DNA from: an uncultured virus (IMG/VR IMGVR_UViG_3300010220_000093)
Lineage: Duplodnaviria; Heunggongvirae; Uroviricota; Caudoviricetes
IMG/VR virus record: IMGVR_UViG_3300010220_000093
Coordinates: 1-64,000 of that record
DNA: 64,000 nucleotides
Strand: one strand, 5' to 3'
Part shown: positions 37,657-48,019 of the stretch, piece after piece
Layout of the letters: every line of letters starts with the position of its first letter
How positions within the stretch are numbered: position 1 is the first letter of the stretch
Program-made: the position numbers and the translations under genes
The notes under the pieces: model-generated
What the model was told of the DNA's origin: nothing
Database searches by the model: none
What the model saw: only the letters and a program-made list of their open reading frames with translations

Positions 37657-39201
37657 CTACTCAAATGACTGAGCGAACATCGTCTCTATATCTGATCCTC
37701 CAGGCAAGGGAACTCTGAACAAGACCGACATGCCATTAACTCCCGCCGCTTGGTCGGTAACAAAAATACTTTGACCATCAAATGAAAATTGGACACCCAT
37801 AGGTTGTTTGAAGGGATTGCCGGCCCAGAGCACCGCCGGTAATCCTCCCTTTGACGGGAAAATGAACACCGAGCGGCTAGTCCCGTCAGCGCTGGCGCTT
37901 AGGCTCAGCCCAGAGCTTGAGAGAGGAACTACCCGCGCCCCTGCGTGCTTATTGTCTTGTGGCACTGCGCCCAACAGTTGACCCTTTGGAATAGACACAG
38001 TTGAACTGAGCTTGGCTCCTGTGGCCTCATCTTTATACTCTATGGTGAGCTCCACTCTCTCAAGGGAGTTTGGGCTGCGAACGATTCTAATCTTGCCGTT
38101 CGTATCGCCTTGAGAACTTTCGTCAACAGAACCGAGCAACTGTGATGGTGCTGATGCGGATACCGATAGAATTTCGGCGCCCTCTGGGACGAACTCGCGA
38201 ACATCTACTGGGGTGTCCTCAAGCATCACGGATTCTGTTAGAGGTCCAAGTGCAAGCGGCTCTTCACCCAGAACTTCAGCAATGAAGTATTTCGCGGTTC
38301 CGGACCGTGGGAACGTAGGATCGATTCCCTGTAATCTTCCGCCGTCAATATCAATTATGCGCAGAAATCTCTTTCCATCAGCATCAAGAAATTGACATGC
38401 TCCTATCACCGTTATCCACTTGTGGTCTTCGAACAACTTTGTCGGTTCTCCACCGCTTAGTGGAAGCTTGAATACGACACCCTGATTGAATTCATCATCA
38501 GGGGCTTCCGGGCGCGTGGTCAAAGATCCTGCGGCCCAATCTGAGACAATAACCGTCTCGCCTATAACCGTGACGCCTTCTGGGCTTCGAAAGGGTGGCC
38601 CTTCATGGAGAACAGTCGGTTCTCCTGCTAGACCTTGATCGTCGATCGGAATGGAGAGAACTTTTGCACCCTTTCCTGTTCCTGGTGCCCTCGGTATGGG
38701 TTCCTCACCCAAGTCTGACACGATAAGAAGATCCGGACCCGCTTCGCGACTATGATAGTAAATCCATTTTGGGTTTATGAGTTCTGATGATTCAAAGAAT
38801 TTTTCTAGGTTGTTTGTTCTTGGGTCAAATCTCCAAATTCTACCTGGCTCACTGCGTAGCGAGTCTTTGCCAGTATCAGTTATGTAGAAGAATTCACGGC
38901 CGGGAAAAATCCCCTTGGTCTGAACCATGTCGCCATCGGCAACGATGACCGGTGCGAACTTCGTAGAATCTATTTTTGATGGAACATCGCCATCAAATGG
39001 CATTGCGCTGAACGAGCCAAATTCTTGACCGTCACTACTTTCGAAGCTGAGGTCCAAAGAATCGTGTTGAAGCTCAGCTATCTTCGCGCCAAACATTCTG
39101 GGCAAGGACTGAAGCGGCCTGTCACTAACGATATCTTGTGCCATCAAGGCGGTTGAGGAGCAGATGACCGCGAACAAGATGAGTGGCATAAACTCTTTCA
39201 T
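37657..39201 (-). CDS. Secreted protein, probable beta-propeller (cargo)
   Basis: Signal-peptide-like N-terminus; repeated P.G/V.D blades (SPEGV..VIVSD, QPMGV..IFVTD); lower GC. Confidence 0.65.
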   Translation of the reverse strand: MKEFMPLILFAVICSSTALMAQDIVSDRPLQSLPRMFGAKIAELQHDSLDLSFESSDGQEFGSFSAMPFDGDVPSKIDSTKFAPVIVADGDMVQTKGIFPGREFFYITDTGKDSLRSEPGRIWRFDPRTNNLEKFFESSELINPKWIYYHSREAGPDLLIVSDLGEEPIPRAPGTGKGAKVLSIPIDDQGLAGEPTVLHEGPPFRSPEGVTVIGETVIVSDWAAGSLTTRPEAPDDEFNQGVVFKLPLSGGEPTKLFEDHKWITVIGACQFLDADGKRFLRIIDIDGGRLQGIDPTFPRSGTAKYFIAEVLGEEPLALGPLTESVMLEDTPVDVREFVPEGAEILSVSASAPSQLLGSVDESSQGDTNGKIRIVRSPNSLERVELTIEYKDEATGAKLSSTVSIPKGQLLGAVPQDNKHAGARVVPLSSSGLSLSASADGTSRSVFIFPSKGGLPAVLWAGNPFKQPMGVQFSFDGQSIFVTDQAAGVNGMSVLFRVPLPGGSDIETMFAQSFE

Positions 39202-39258
39202 CCAACGCTCCTTAAGCTGGTTCTGTTGTCTTTGGGTGAATGACAGACTGCCACGAAC

Positions 39259-39870
39259 TCAGCTTTCTGCCATGATTCTTGTGAGACGTTCCACAGAAAC
39301 GGTGATGTCGTTCAATAGGTCCAACCGCTTGCGCAGCTTGACCTGCGGCACCAGCAGGAAAATCGGCACGGTGGTCAGACCGCGGCCGGTTTTTGCACGG
39401 GACGCTACAGCGCGTCCTTTGCTATTAATCCTCCCCTCGCCCACCAGCAGGCTCGGCCCGCGGCGCCGGTAGATGAAGCGCAAGCGCAGCCCCGTGCGGC
39501 GTTCCCATTCGCCGGGGGTGATGCGACCGCCGCGGGTGGATTTGCCTGCGGCCGGGGTGGGGATGGCCAGCCAGAACCCGTTGCGCGACCGGATCAGAGG
39601 TCCGGTGTCATGCGCGCCGACGATCACTGGGGCGTTCGACCAGACCAGCGCCGCGGCGTTCAGGCTCTCGCTGCCCCTGGGGTAGGTGGCCAGCCGGATC
39701 GAATTGCCCAGCCGGGTGCCGAGGCCAGCGCCGGTGATCTGGCCGCGCCAGGCGGATTTCAGGCCCGTGCCCGCCTCGCGCATGGCTGTGGTCACGGCCT
39801 TCTCGCCCGCGGCGATTTCCGCCTGCATCAGGGCGGCGAGGTCGGGGCTGATATCAAGCTTCAATTTCAT
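39259..39870 (-). CDS. Phage neck/minor tail protein (DUF6441-like)
   Basis: WRGQITGAGLG, WLAIP, PIFLLVPQVKL. Confidence 0.7.
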   Translation of the reverse strand: MKLKLDISPDLAALMQAEIAAGEKAVTTAMREAGTGLKSAWRGQITGAGLGTRLGNSIRLATYPRGSESLNAAALVWSNAPVIVGAHDTGPLIRSRNGFWLAIPTPAAGKSTRGGRITPGEWERRTGLRLRFIYRRRGPSLLVGEGRINSKGRAVASRAKTGRGLTTVPIFLLVPQVKLRKRLDLLNDITVSVERLTRIMAES

Positions 39871-40181
39871 GCTGGCCTCAGGTCCAGCGTCCAGATCAGC
39901 CGCTCCCAGTCGCGCAGCGGCTCCCCCTGGATGACATGACTTTCGGCACCGATGACGATTACGTCGCCCGGGCGCGGGGCGGGCAGGTCGGCCACGCGCA
40001 CGTCTACCACCGTCGTATCGCTGACAAACCGCCCTGCGCCGAAGTCGGTGACGCGATCCGGCGCGCGGCGGATGATGCGGATCGGGCGTTCCTCCGACGT
40101 GGTGGCCGAGATCCAGAGAGCCGGGGCCGCCATGGAGGCGTGGGTGAAGATGCGGTCCATGGCGGCGGCAAAGACGGACAT
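39867..40181 (-). CDS. Head-tail joining protein (gpFII-like)
   Basis: Position after the capsid; PRPGD...WTLD. Confidence 0.7.
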   Translation of the reverse strand: MSVFAAAMDRIFTHASMAAPALWISATTSEERPIRIIRRAPDRVTDFGAGRFVSDTTVVDVRVADLPAPRPGDVIVIGAESHVIQGEPLRDWERLIWTLDLRPA

Positions 40182-40192
40182 GGGTGGGTCCG

Positions 40193-41218
40193 TCAGTTCG
40201 ACGTGTGCAGCCGGATCGCCAGCCGCGGCCGCTTGTTCACCGGCAGGATCGAGGCCTCGGTCATCACGTCGATCCAGCGGCCCTTTTCGTCGAGATGCTG
40301 GCGGGCGTAGAGGGGCAGGCCGATGGTGTTGGCGGTTTCCAGCAGGTTCGCCGGGCCGCCGTAGGTCGTGAAGGTGTCCATCGTGCCCAAGGGGAAGGCG
40401 ATGCCTTCGTTCGCCGGGACCAGCCGTTCGGTGGCCTTGGTCGAGAGGGTAACGGTGCCCGAATATTCCTCGAACAGGATGCCGCCGAAGGGGAAGTTGC
40501 GCCGCACATCCTCGCGCAGCGGCTGGGCGCCGGTCGAGGCGTAGAACTTGTAGGCCTCCTCGGTCTTCGGATGCGCGATCAGCTTGTCGAAGAATTCGCG
40601 GCTGACAAGGGCGTGCACGCTGGTCATCGCCTCGCCCAGCAGGTTGTCCTCGATGGCGCGCAGCACCTCACGGACCTTGCCCTGCACGTTGGTGCCCGCG
40701 GTGCCGAGGACGAAGTCGACCGAGATCTGCGCCAGGCCGAATTCGGTGAAGTAGTTGTAGAGGGTGGTGCCCGCGCCATCCTTCACGATGCCGCGGAGCG
40801 CGTTCATCTCCATGTATTCGCGGGTCTGGGCATGCTTGCGGCGCATCAACAGCAGCTTGCGGTTCATCACCTCGACAAGGGGATCGGCCGCATCGAAGGC
40901 GCCGCCCAGCGCGGGCTGCCCCTGGATGTCGGCAGGCAGGACCACGTCGTCATGCGGGATCCACGGCAGGGCGAAGGACCGCATGGACCGGCCTTCGCGC
41001 GTGCCGACCGTGGCGGGGCCGCCGAGGGGGACGGAGGGCAGCAGGCTCAGGACGCCCTCGTATTGCTCGATGATGACCGAGCGCTGGCTGACCCCTTCGA
41101 AGCGGAAGAGGCCGATCTGGGCGAGGCGGGTGTAGAGGTTGGGCAGGATGTTGATGGCCTGCGTCATCTCGGCCAACGAATAGCCGCCAGCGTCGAAGGG
41201 ATTGCGGACGAGGGTCAT
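40193..41218 (-). CDS. Major capsid protein (lambda E family)
   Basis: TREYM..NAL.G, FPFGGILFEEY, ILPVNKRP. Confidence 0.92.
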   Translation of the reverse strand: MTLVRNPFDAGGYSLAEMTQAINILPNLYTRLAQIGLFRFEGVSQRSVIIEQYEGVLSLLPSVPLGGPATVGTREGRSMRSFALPWIPHDDVVLPADIQGQPALGGAFDAADPLVEVMNRKLLLMRRKHAQTREYMEMNALRGIVKDGAGTTLYNYFTEFGLAQISVDFVLGTAGTNVQGKVREVLRAIEDNLLGEAMTSVHALVSREFFDKLIAHPKTEEAYKFYASTGAQPLREDVRRNFPFGGILFEEYSGTVTLSTKATERLVPANEGIAFPLGTMDTFTTYGGPANLLETANTIGLPLYARQHLDEKGRWIDVMTEASILPVNKRPRLAIRLHTSN

Positions 41219-41244
41219 GGTGGGGCTCCGGGGGATGAGGGGGA

Positions 41245-41625
41245 TCAGATGCCGTCGCGGGCGATGATGCCGACGGCGGCCAGCTGGGTGAGTTTCGCGG
41301 CGATCTTGGTGCCGTCATCGACCGTCGCGCCGTAGGCGAGGGCCGCGCGCGACACGATCGAGGGTCCGCGCACGAGGACGATACCCACAGCATCTGCCAG
41401 CGTGGCATCGACGGCATAAAGAAGGACGGCCGTTGCAACCTGCGATCCGTCCGCCCCGGTCGCGGGGGACAGCGTGTACTTGCCGCTGGCCGAGATCTTC
41501 CCCAGCACCGAGCCCACGGGATAGGGCATGCCCGCGAGGAGCGTCACCACCTCGCGAGTGTAGTTCGGGTTGACCTCATATTTGAGGACATCGCCCATGC
41601 TGGGCGGTTCCGTCAGGACGGGCAT
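41245..41625 (-). CDS. Head decoration protein (gpD-like)
   Basis: GSVLGKI..SGKY; position before the capsid gene. Confidence 0.85.
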   Translation of the reverse strand: MPVLTEPPSMGDVLKYEVNPNYTREVVTLLAGMPYPVGSVLGKISASGKYTLSPATGADGSQVATAVLLYAVDATLADAVGIVLVRGPSIVSRAALAYGATVDDGTKIAAKLTQLAAVGIIARDGI

Positions 41626-41666
41626 GGTTCAGTCTCCAGGATGTTGGGGGATGGGATGCGCCGGGA

Positions 41667-42980
41667 TCAGCGAGAGGCGGCGGCCGAACTTTTCGCGGCT
41701 GCGACGATGGGGCTTTCCTTCGCGCCAGCCGCCGGGGCGGTGGCGATGATGCCTGCGGCATCGCTGCGAGCGGCGAGATCGGCGAGGATCTTGGCGCGCA
41801 GGGCTTCGGGCTTCACGCCGCGGGCCAACGCATCGGCGGCATCGATCTGGACGCCGAGGCGGGCGGCCTGCGCACAGACCTGCGCGACCTCGGCCGCCTC
41901 GGCGCGGATCGCCTCGGGCGACATCTCGGCCGCCGCCGTCTGCGGCGGTGCGACTGCCGCGGGCGGGGCCGGTTCCGGCGGCGCGCTGGCGGCAGGCGTG
42001 GTCGGCGGCTGCGTATGATCTTCGGGGGCGGTGGTCATCGTTGGGCCCTTTCCTCTGGGGGTGGAAGTGCCGCGGGGTGCGGCGGCGAAAGCGCGGAAGG
42101 CGGTGACGGGATCGGCCACCTCGTCGGCAAGACCGGCGAAGACGGCCGCCTCGCCGCGGAAGACGGCGGCCTCGGTGCCCAGCGCGCGTTGAGTGTCGAG
42201 GCGGCGGCCGCGCCCTTCGGCGACAGTCTCGGCGAAGAGCTGGCGGAGGTCTTCCAGCTCGCCCGCGATCCGGGCGCGGACGGCCTCGGGCAGCGGCTGA
42301 TACGGGTTCGCATCGACCTTGCGCACGCCTGCATGGATCAGCGTGACGGCGATGCCCTTCTGGTCCAGCGCCCCGCTCATGTCGCTGTGCATGGCGACGA
42401 CACCGATGCTGCCGACGGCCCCGGTCCGGGGCAGGATGATGCGGTCGGCTTGGGAGGCCAGCGCATAGGCGGCCGAGAGGGCGTGGTCGGCGACGAAGGC
42501 ATGGACCGGTTTCTGTTCCCTTGCCGCCCGGATGCGGTCGGCCAGATCGAACGCGCCCGCGACCTCGCCACCGAAGCTGTCGATGTCGAGGGCGATGCCG
42601 CGAATGGCGGGGTCGGCCAGCGCCGCCTGCAGCTGGGCGGCAATGCCCTCGTAGGAGGTCAGACCCGAGGATTGCCCGATCCAGGCGCCGCGATGCACCA
42701 GCGTGCCCGCGATCTCGATGACGGCGATCCCGTCCACCACAGCGAATGGCTGGCCACCATTCCGTGCCTGGCGGTTGGTCAGATCATCACCGAACAACGA
42801 CGCCCGGACGGTCATGCTGGCGGCCTCCTGCGCTTCGGCGGCGATTTCGACCCCCTCGACGCTGATTTCTCTGCCGGTGATCCGCGGGCCAAGGCCGGTC
42901 AGGAAGGCCAGCGCCTTGGCGGGATCGACCATCAGCGGGGTGTTGAAGACGCGCTGGGCGATCTGGGTGTGATGCATCAT
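41667..42980 (-). CDS. S49 prohead protease with scaffold C-terminus
   Basis: DIDSFGGE, SAAYALAS, GSIGV; Pro/Ala-rich tail; start refined to 42980. Confidence 0.9.
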   Translation of the reverse strand: MMHHTQIAQRVFNTPLMVDPAKALAFLTGLGPRITGREISVEGVEIAAEAQEAASMTVRASLFGDDLTNRQARNGGQPFAVVDGIAVIEIAGTLVHRGAWIGQSSGLTSYEGIAAQLQAALADPAIRGIALDIDSFGGEVAGAFDLADRIRAAREQKPVHAFVADHALSAAYALASQADRIILPRTGAVGSIGVVAMHSDMSGALDQKGIAVTLIHAGVRKVDANPYQPLPEAVRARIAGELEDLRQLFAETVAEGRGRRLDTQRALGTEAAVFRGEAAVFAGLADEVADPVTAFRAFAAAPRGTSTPRGKGPTMTTAPEDHTQPPTTPAASAPPEPAPPAAVAPPQTAAAEMSPEAIRAEAAEVAQVCAQAARLGVQIDAADALARGVKPEALRAKILADLAARSDAAGIIATAPAAGAKESPIVAAAKSSAAASR

Positions 42981-44494
42981 GCGTCCTCCGCGGGCCGTGG
43001 TTCCCGGTCCTCGCCGTCGTCTTCCTGATCGTTGGTGTCCTGCTGATCCCGCCGCTCGTCCTCTGCATCGCCCGGCCCAGCGCCGCCACCGGCCGCCTGC
43101 GCCGGGGACCCCGGCCGCCGGAAGTCGAGACCAAGCGCGGCCTCGCGCTCGCGTTCCGCAGCGATTTCGCGGTCCACCTGCTCTGCGTCGTATCCCCGTT
43201 CGGCGATGGCCTGCGTTCGGGATTTCAGGCCCGCCTCGATCTGCAGGATTTCGGCCGCGGCATCCTTGGCCGGGTCGATCCAGTCCCATTTGGTGGGGAG
43301 CCAGTCGCAGGCGAGGTATTGCCGCCGCTCCTTGGCAAAGCCCGGCAGGTCGATGGCATCGGCCAGCACCGCCATGTCCATCCAGCGCGTCCAGACTGCG
43401 CGGCAGAGCTGATAGACCATGACCGAATGCTGGAAGGCCGAGATGCGGCGCCGGAAGTCCACCAGCGCGATCCGGGTGTTGGAGAAGTTCCCCTTGGCGG
43501 TATCGCCGGTCAGATAGCCATAGGGCACGCCCAGCGCCGCACCGATCTGCAGCAGGGTGCGGTACTGGAAGGGTTCATAGGTGGACCCGGAATCCGGCGT
43601 CGAGGGCGTGGTGACATCTTCGCCGGGGTCCAGCCGCACCACCTGGCCGGGTTCGACCTCCAGATCGTCCTCCGCCGGATCGAGGGCCGTTTCGGGGGCG
43701 GGGGAGGTGATGAACATCGCGAACATCGCCGCGGTCTTCTTCCGCTCGAGTTCCGCGTCGTCGTAGAGATCGAGGGTGAAGAGCTTCACCACGGCAGCCG
43801 CGAAGCGTGACACGCCCCGCAGCTGACCCGCCTCGACCGGGTCGAGGATGTGGATCACCTCGGAGGCTGGAACCCGCACCGTCTCGCCCGCCAGGCCCGG
43901 ATCGGTCATGTCGCCCGGATGGCGGCGGAGAAAGTGATAGGCCACGCGCCGCCCGATCCCGTCGAATTCGATCCCCTGCCGGATCGATCCCGCGCCGGGC
44001 AGGAGGCGGGTCATGTCCTGGGGCAGCATTTCCGATGGCAGCATCTGCAGCTGCATGGGCACGGTCAGCCCGTCCTCGGGGCGCCGCGTCCGGATGCGCA
44101 GGAACACCTCACCCGCCAGAAACACCTCGCGTGCCGCCCGGCGCTGCAGCCCGAAGAAGTCCGTCAGCCCCTCGGCATCGGCCTCGTCGGTCCAGGCGAG
44201 CCACAGCTTCTGCAACTCCTCCTTCTTCGTGACATCGACGATCTTCGACGAGGGCTTGATCCCGTCGCCGACGACATGGTTGGCAAAGGCATCGACCGCA
44301 TTCGCGGCATAGCCGTTGTTGCGGACCAGCCAGCGCGCCCGGGCGGTGATCGTCTCACCCGAGGCTGCGATCAGCGTGTTCACATGCGCCCGCGTGGCGC
44401 GGAACCCGCGCATGCGGCGGTGGGATTGCGCTGCGTCAAACCCGCCGATGATGGACCCGAGCCGCGCACGGAAGGCGTCGAGGACCATGGTCAC
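42977..44494 (-). CDS. Portal protein (lambda family)
   Basis: RARWLVRNNGYA, GQLRGVS, NFSNTR, WDWIDP.KD. Confidence 0.93.
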   Translation of the reverse strand: MTMVLDAFRARLGSIIGGFDAAQSHRRMRGFRATRAHVNTLIAASGETITARARWLVRNNGYAANAVDAFANHVVGDGIKPSSKIVDVTKKEELQKLWLAWTDEADAEGLTDFFGLQRRAAREVFLAGEVFLRIRTRRPEDGLTVPMQLQMLPSEMLPQDMTRLLPGAGSIRQGIEFDGIGRRVAYHFLRRHPGDMTDPGLAGETVRVPASEVIHILDPVEAGQLRGVSRFAAAVVKLFTLDLYDDAELERKKTAAMFAMFITSPAPETALDPAEDDLEVEPGQVVRLDPGEDVTTPSTPDSGSTYEPFQYRTLLQIGAALGVPYGYLTGDTAKGNFSNTRIALVDFRRRISAFQHSVMVYQLCRAVWTRWMDMAVLADAIDLPGFAKERRQYLACDWLPTKWDWIDPAKDAAAEILQIEAGLKSRTQAIAERGYDAEQVDREIAAEREREAALGLDFRRPGSPAQAAGGGAGPGDAEDERRDQQDTNDQEDDGEDREPRPAEDA

Positions 44495-44703
44495 AGACCC
44501 TTCGTGGCCACGGTGCCCCAGCGGCGACGCCGCGGCGTGGCACAGGCGGTCGCGATGCGGGCTTCCAGATCCCGGATCGCCGCCGCCAGTTCGGCGTCCG
44601 AGCCATAAGTCACGGTCTTGCCGTCATAGCTGACGCTACGCAGCCCGGCGAAGCGGGCTTCTTGCAGTGCGGTCAGCAGGGCCTGCATGCGTTCCAGGTC
44701 CAT
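44491..44703 (-). CDS. Head-tail adaptor (gpW-like)
   Basis: VSYDGKTVTY; between terminase and portal. Confidence 0.8.
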   Translation of the reverse strand: MDLERMQALLTALQEARFAGLRSVSYDGKTVTYGSDAELAAAIRDLEARIATACATPRRRRWGTVATKGL

Positions 44704-46706
44704 CAGTCCCTCATGAAGTTCGGGGTGTAGGCCCGCCGTTTCCGGCGTGGCGTGGTCAGGGTTCCGGCCTTGGGCTGGGCCGGGTCTTGTGTGGTTTCGG
44801 CCGCCACGGCCGCGGGCAAGCGCGTTTCAACGCCCGCCTGCGCCTCAAGCCGCCGCCAGGTGGCCTCGTCCCACCGGTCGGCGCCGAGGATCCACGCCGC
44901 CGCGCGGGCGTATACCCGGCAGTCCAGCGCCTCGTTCCGCTCGCGCATCTTCTGCCATTCCTGATGGGCATAGCCGCGCTTGTTGCGGATCGTGACCAGC
45001 TGTTCGGCCACCAGCTGCTTCAGCCATTCGGTGTCGGCCCAGCCGGGGATGTGCACGGTCCCCGGCGCATCGAGAACGCCCAGCGCCCGGTCCTCGTCAG
45101 ACGGCCGTTCGATCCGCAGGAAGCGGTAGGTCTCCGCCTTGAAGGTCGCCGTGGCCACCGACCAGAGCCGCGCGCCGCGGCGCAGCCGTTTGCCGCCGAT
45201 GGTGGCGTCGACAAAGGTCGGGCCCGAGACAGGTGCCGACCGATTGAAGCCTTCGAGGCCCTTCAGGGGTGCCACCTGTTCGAACCCGGCCTTGCGCGAC
45301 CAGGCATAGACGGCCGCGGCCTCGTAACCAGTATCAACGCCAAGTCTTGCCACGGTCATGAAGGCGCCGTTGGCATGCTGCCAGCTGCGCCCGAGCAAGG
45401 CGGTCAGCTTGTCCCATGCGGCCGGATCGTCAGGGCCGCCCGGGATGACGATGTGATCGACAAGCCAGGACTCGAGCCCCCGGCCCCAGGCCCAGATATC
45501 GACCTCGATCCGGTCCCTCTGGACGTCGGCACCGGCCGTCAGAAACAGCCCCGCCATGGGCACGGTGCCTGGCTCCCAGGCTTCGCGCCGATCCGCCAGC
45601 CGCTGCCATTCCGGCGCGTCGCCCGACTCGACCCATGTCTCGCCCAGAAGCGTGTTGCGCGCGGCGCGCAGCGTCTCGTCCGACCCTTGGGCCGCGAGCC
45701 ATTCCCGCGCGACATCGGACCAGCTTTTCCACCCAAGCGGCGAATAGAGCGCCGAGAGGTGGAAGCCGATGGCCTTCGGATCCTTCGAAACCGCTGTTGC
45801 CCGCCATTCGCCGCGGGCCAGCATCTCGGTCTTGTGGTGCTCGGCGATGGGACGCTCGCAGCCCTCACAGTGATAGGCGGCGGTTTCCGGCTTCCCCTTT
45901 GCCCAGCGCAGTCGGTCGAACTGCAGCCACTGCATTGTGCCGCAGTGCGGACAGGGCACGAAGTAGCGCCTCTGGTCGGACGCCTCGAATTCCCGCTCGA
46001 TCCGGCTCAGCCCCCGGATCGTGGGCGTCGAGACCATGAACACCTTGCGCCGGTGCGAGAAGGTGGTGGTGCGGGCCTCGGCCAGCGTGACCGGATCGCC
46101 CTCTTCATCGGCCGAGGCGGGATAGGCGTCGACCTCGTCGAGGAAGACATAGCGCGCGGGCATTGACCGCAGGCCGGTGGCGGAGTTGGCCCCGGTCAGC
46201 ACCAGGATGCCACCGGGAAACTCCTTCGACAGCATCGAATTCCCGGCATCGCGGGATCGGGCCGGGTTCACCCGTTCGCGCAGCGCCGGGCTATCCGCGA
46301 TCAGTGGATCAAGGCGGCCGCGCGAGGTGCGCTTCGCCAATTCCAGGCTCGGCAGCACCGCCAGCATCGGCCCCGGGGCGTGATGGATCACGAAGCCGAT
46401 CCAGTTGTTCCCGGCCTCGGTGGCCCCCACCTGCGCTGCCTTCATGAAGGTGATGCGCTGGGCCGGATGGCCGGGCGAGAGCGCATCCATGATCTCGCGC
46501 AGATAGGGCGCGCGGGCTGTGCGATACCTCCCCGGCTCGGCCGCGCCGCGCGACGACAGCCAGCGATGCTGATCCGCCCATTCCGACACGGTTAGGTTCG
46601 GGTCGGGGCGCATCCCCTGACGCCAGACCCGAAGCAGATACTCGGCGCCATCGAAGCCGAGGTCGAGACCCGCGGTCAGGTCGTTGTCATCGTCCTCATC
46701 ATGCAA
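44703..46706 (-). CDS. Terminase large subunit (GpA family)
   Basis: KAAQVGATE, FLDEVD, STPT, CPHC, GADVQ, RNEALDC; probable TTG start at 46706. Confidence 0.95.
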   Translation of the reverse strand: MHDEDDDNDLTAGLDLGFDGAEYLLRVWRQGMRPDPNLTVSEWADQHRWLSSRGAAEPGRYRTARAPYLREIMDALSPGHPAQRITFMKAAQVGATEAGNNWIGFVIHHAPGPMLAVLPSLELAKRTSRGRLDPLIADSPALRERVNPARSRDAGNSMLSKEFPGGILVLTGANSATGLRSMPARYVFLDEVDAYPASADEEGDPVTLAEARTTTFSHRRKVFMVSTPTIRGLSRIEREFEASDQRRYFVPCPHCGTMQWLQFDRLRWAKGKPETAAYHCEGCERPIAEHHKTEMLARGEWRATAVSKDPKAIGFHLSALYSPLGWKSWSDVAREWLAAQGSDETLRAARNTLLGETWVESGDAPEWQRLADRREAWEPGTVPMAGLFLTAGADVQRDRIEVDIWAWGRGLESWLVDHIVIPGGPDDPAAWDKLTALLGRSWQHANGAFMTVARLGVDTGYEAAAVYAWSRKAGFEQVAPLKGLEGFNRSAPVSGPTFVDATIGGKRLRRGARLWSVATATFKAETYRFLRIERPSDEDRALGVLDAPGTVHIPGWADTEWLKQLVAEQLVTIRNKRGYAHQEWQKMRERNEALDCRVYARAAAWILGADRWDEATWRRLEAQAGVETRLPAAVAAETTQDPAQPKAGTLTTPRRKRRAYTPNFMRD

Positions 46707-47235
46707 GTGAGACCCTGAGGTCGGCGAGGGCGTCGAGCTGTTCGCGGACATGGGCTTCCAGCACCCTCTGCATGATCGCGGTCTCGATCGTCACCGATGC
46801 CCCGGATTGCCGTTCCACCTCCGCCATGATCTGCGCCGCCATAAGTGCTGCCACCCGTCCGGGCCAGGTCACCCAGACGTCCCGTTCCTGCCGCGCGAGG
46901 CGAAACACCAGCGTTTCCGCCCGCGCTCGGTCGACCAGCGTGCCCTTCTTCTTCTGGACGGCCAGTTGGCGCTCCTGCGCCGCGTAGACCGTGAGCGCCG
47001 TGCGCGCCTTGATGTAGGATGTCGTATCGCCCGGGGCGCTGGCAAGCCCATCTCCACCCAAGCTGCGCCGCTGCTGGTCGGGGTCCGTCATTTCCGCACG
47101 CCGCACATCCGAGGCCGCTGCATTGATCGACCCGTCGTCATGGACCACCAGTCGTCCGTTCTTCCGCGCCTTCTGCACCCCGCCGCGGGACAGGCCGGAA
47201 TGGGCCGCATACTCGCGTTCACTCATGCCCTTCAT
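46699..47235 (-). CDS. Terminase small subunit (Nu1-like)
   Basis: N-terminal HTH MSEREYA.H.GLSR..VQKA; overlaps the large subunit. Confidence 0.8.
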   Translation of the reverse strand: MKGMSEREYAAHSGLSRGGVQKARKNGRLVVHDDGSINAAASDVRRAEMTDPDQQRRSLGGDGLASAPGDTTSYIKARTALTVYAAQERQLAVQKKKGTLVDRARAETLVFRLARQERDVWVTWPGRVAALMAAQIMAEVERQSGASVTIETAIMQRVLEAHVREQLDALADLRVSLA

Positions 47236-47369
47236 GGTGCCGTGAAGCCTATCAAGATATTGAAATTAAACATGAAAAGACAATCATTCCCGTTGATTGT
47301 CTGCCCCTCCGGAGCGATTCTGTCGTCCATCAACTGGCCGCATCGCGCCGATCCCACGAGGGCTTCACC

Positions 47370-47585
47370 ATGACCACGACCACCATCCGCATCGACTATT
47401 CCACCCTTCCCGAGGGGTTCGATCTGAGCCGCCCGGACGCCATCGCCGAGGTCATTGAGCAGGTGCTCCGCGAGAGCGGGATCCCGGCCGAGGCCTCCGA
47501 CGTCCTGTCGCACCTGAAGATCGAACTGCCGACCGCCCAGCTGGGTGCCGCCAGCCGCACGCTGGCCGAGATGCGGCTGATCTGA
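47370..47585 (+). CDS. Small hypothetical phage protein
   Basis: 71 aa ORF with GC3-rich codons, divergent from the terminase. Confidence 0.6.
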   Translation: MTTTTIRIDYSTLPEGFDLSRPDAIAEVIEQVLRESGIPAEASDVLSHLKIELPTAQLGAASRTLAEMRLI

Positions 47586-47696
47586 CCGGAGCGATCAGAA
47601 AGCACTGATATTGCTCCGATTTGCCTACGATCATCCGCCCGACAGAGCGATGGTGTTGGCACCGAAACGATGCAACTCATCGAAGGACGCCCCGCC

Positions 47697-47924
47697 ATGA
47701 CCACCCGCCGCGCCACCGACAACTCCAAGGCCCTCGACGCCTTCATCACCGCCAAGGCCGAGATCGACACCATGCTGGAGCGCCTGAAGGCCCTCAGCGA
47801 CGACCACTTCGAGACCCACCCCGACGAGATCAACTGGGGGCACGTCGGGACGCTGAAGCACTACGCGGGCCTGCTGCGCCAGATCACCGACAGCGCCTTC
47901 AAGGAAGGCGAACACGCCGCCTGA
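47697..47924 (+). CDS. Small hypothetical phage protein
   Basis: DDHF.T.PDEINWGHVG motif; typical neighbour of DUF3489 genes. Confidence 0.7.
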   Translation: MTTRRATDNSKALDAFITAKAEIDTMLERLKALSDDHFETHPDEINWGHVGTLKHYAGLLRQITDSAFKEGEHAA

Positions 47925-48019
47925 CGCGCCCACGCGGTGCAACGGCCGCCCCGTCCGACGACGGGGCTTGCCTCCGTAGAAGGCGCGCATACCGCGCGCC
48001 CACAACCACGGAGGCCCCG

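Noticed and set aside
25651..47235. RcGTA-type gene transfer agent
   Set aside because: GpA terminase, lambda portal, S49 protease and E-type capsid do not match the HK97-type RcGTA head module.
47621..48019. N-terminal extension of the 322-aa ORF
   Set aside because: Overlaps the 47697-47924 gene; the DUF3489 gene has its own RBS and ATG at 48020.
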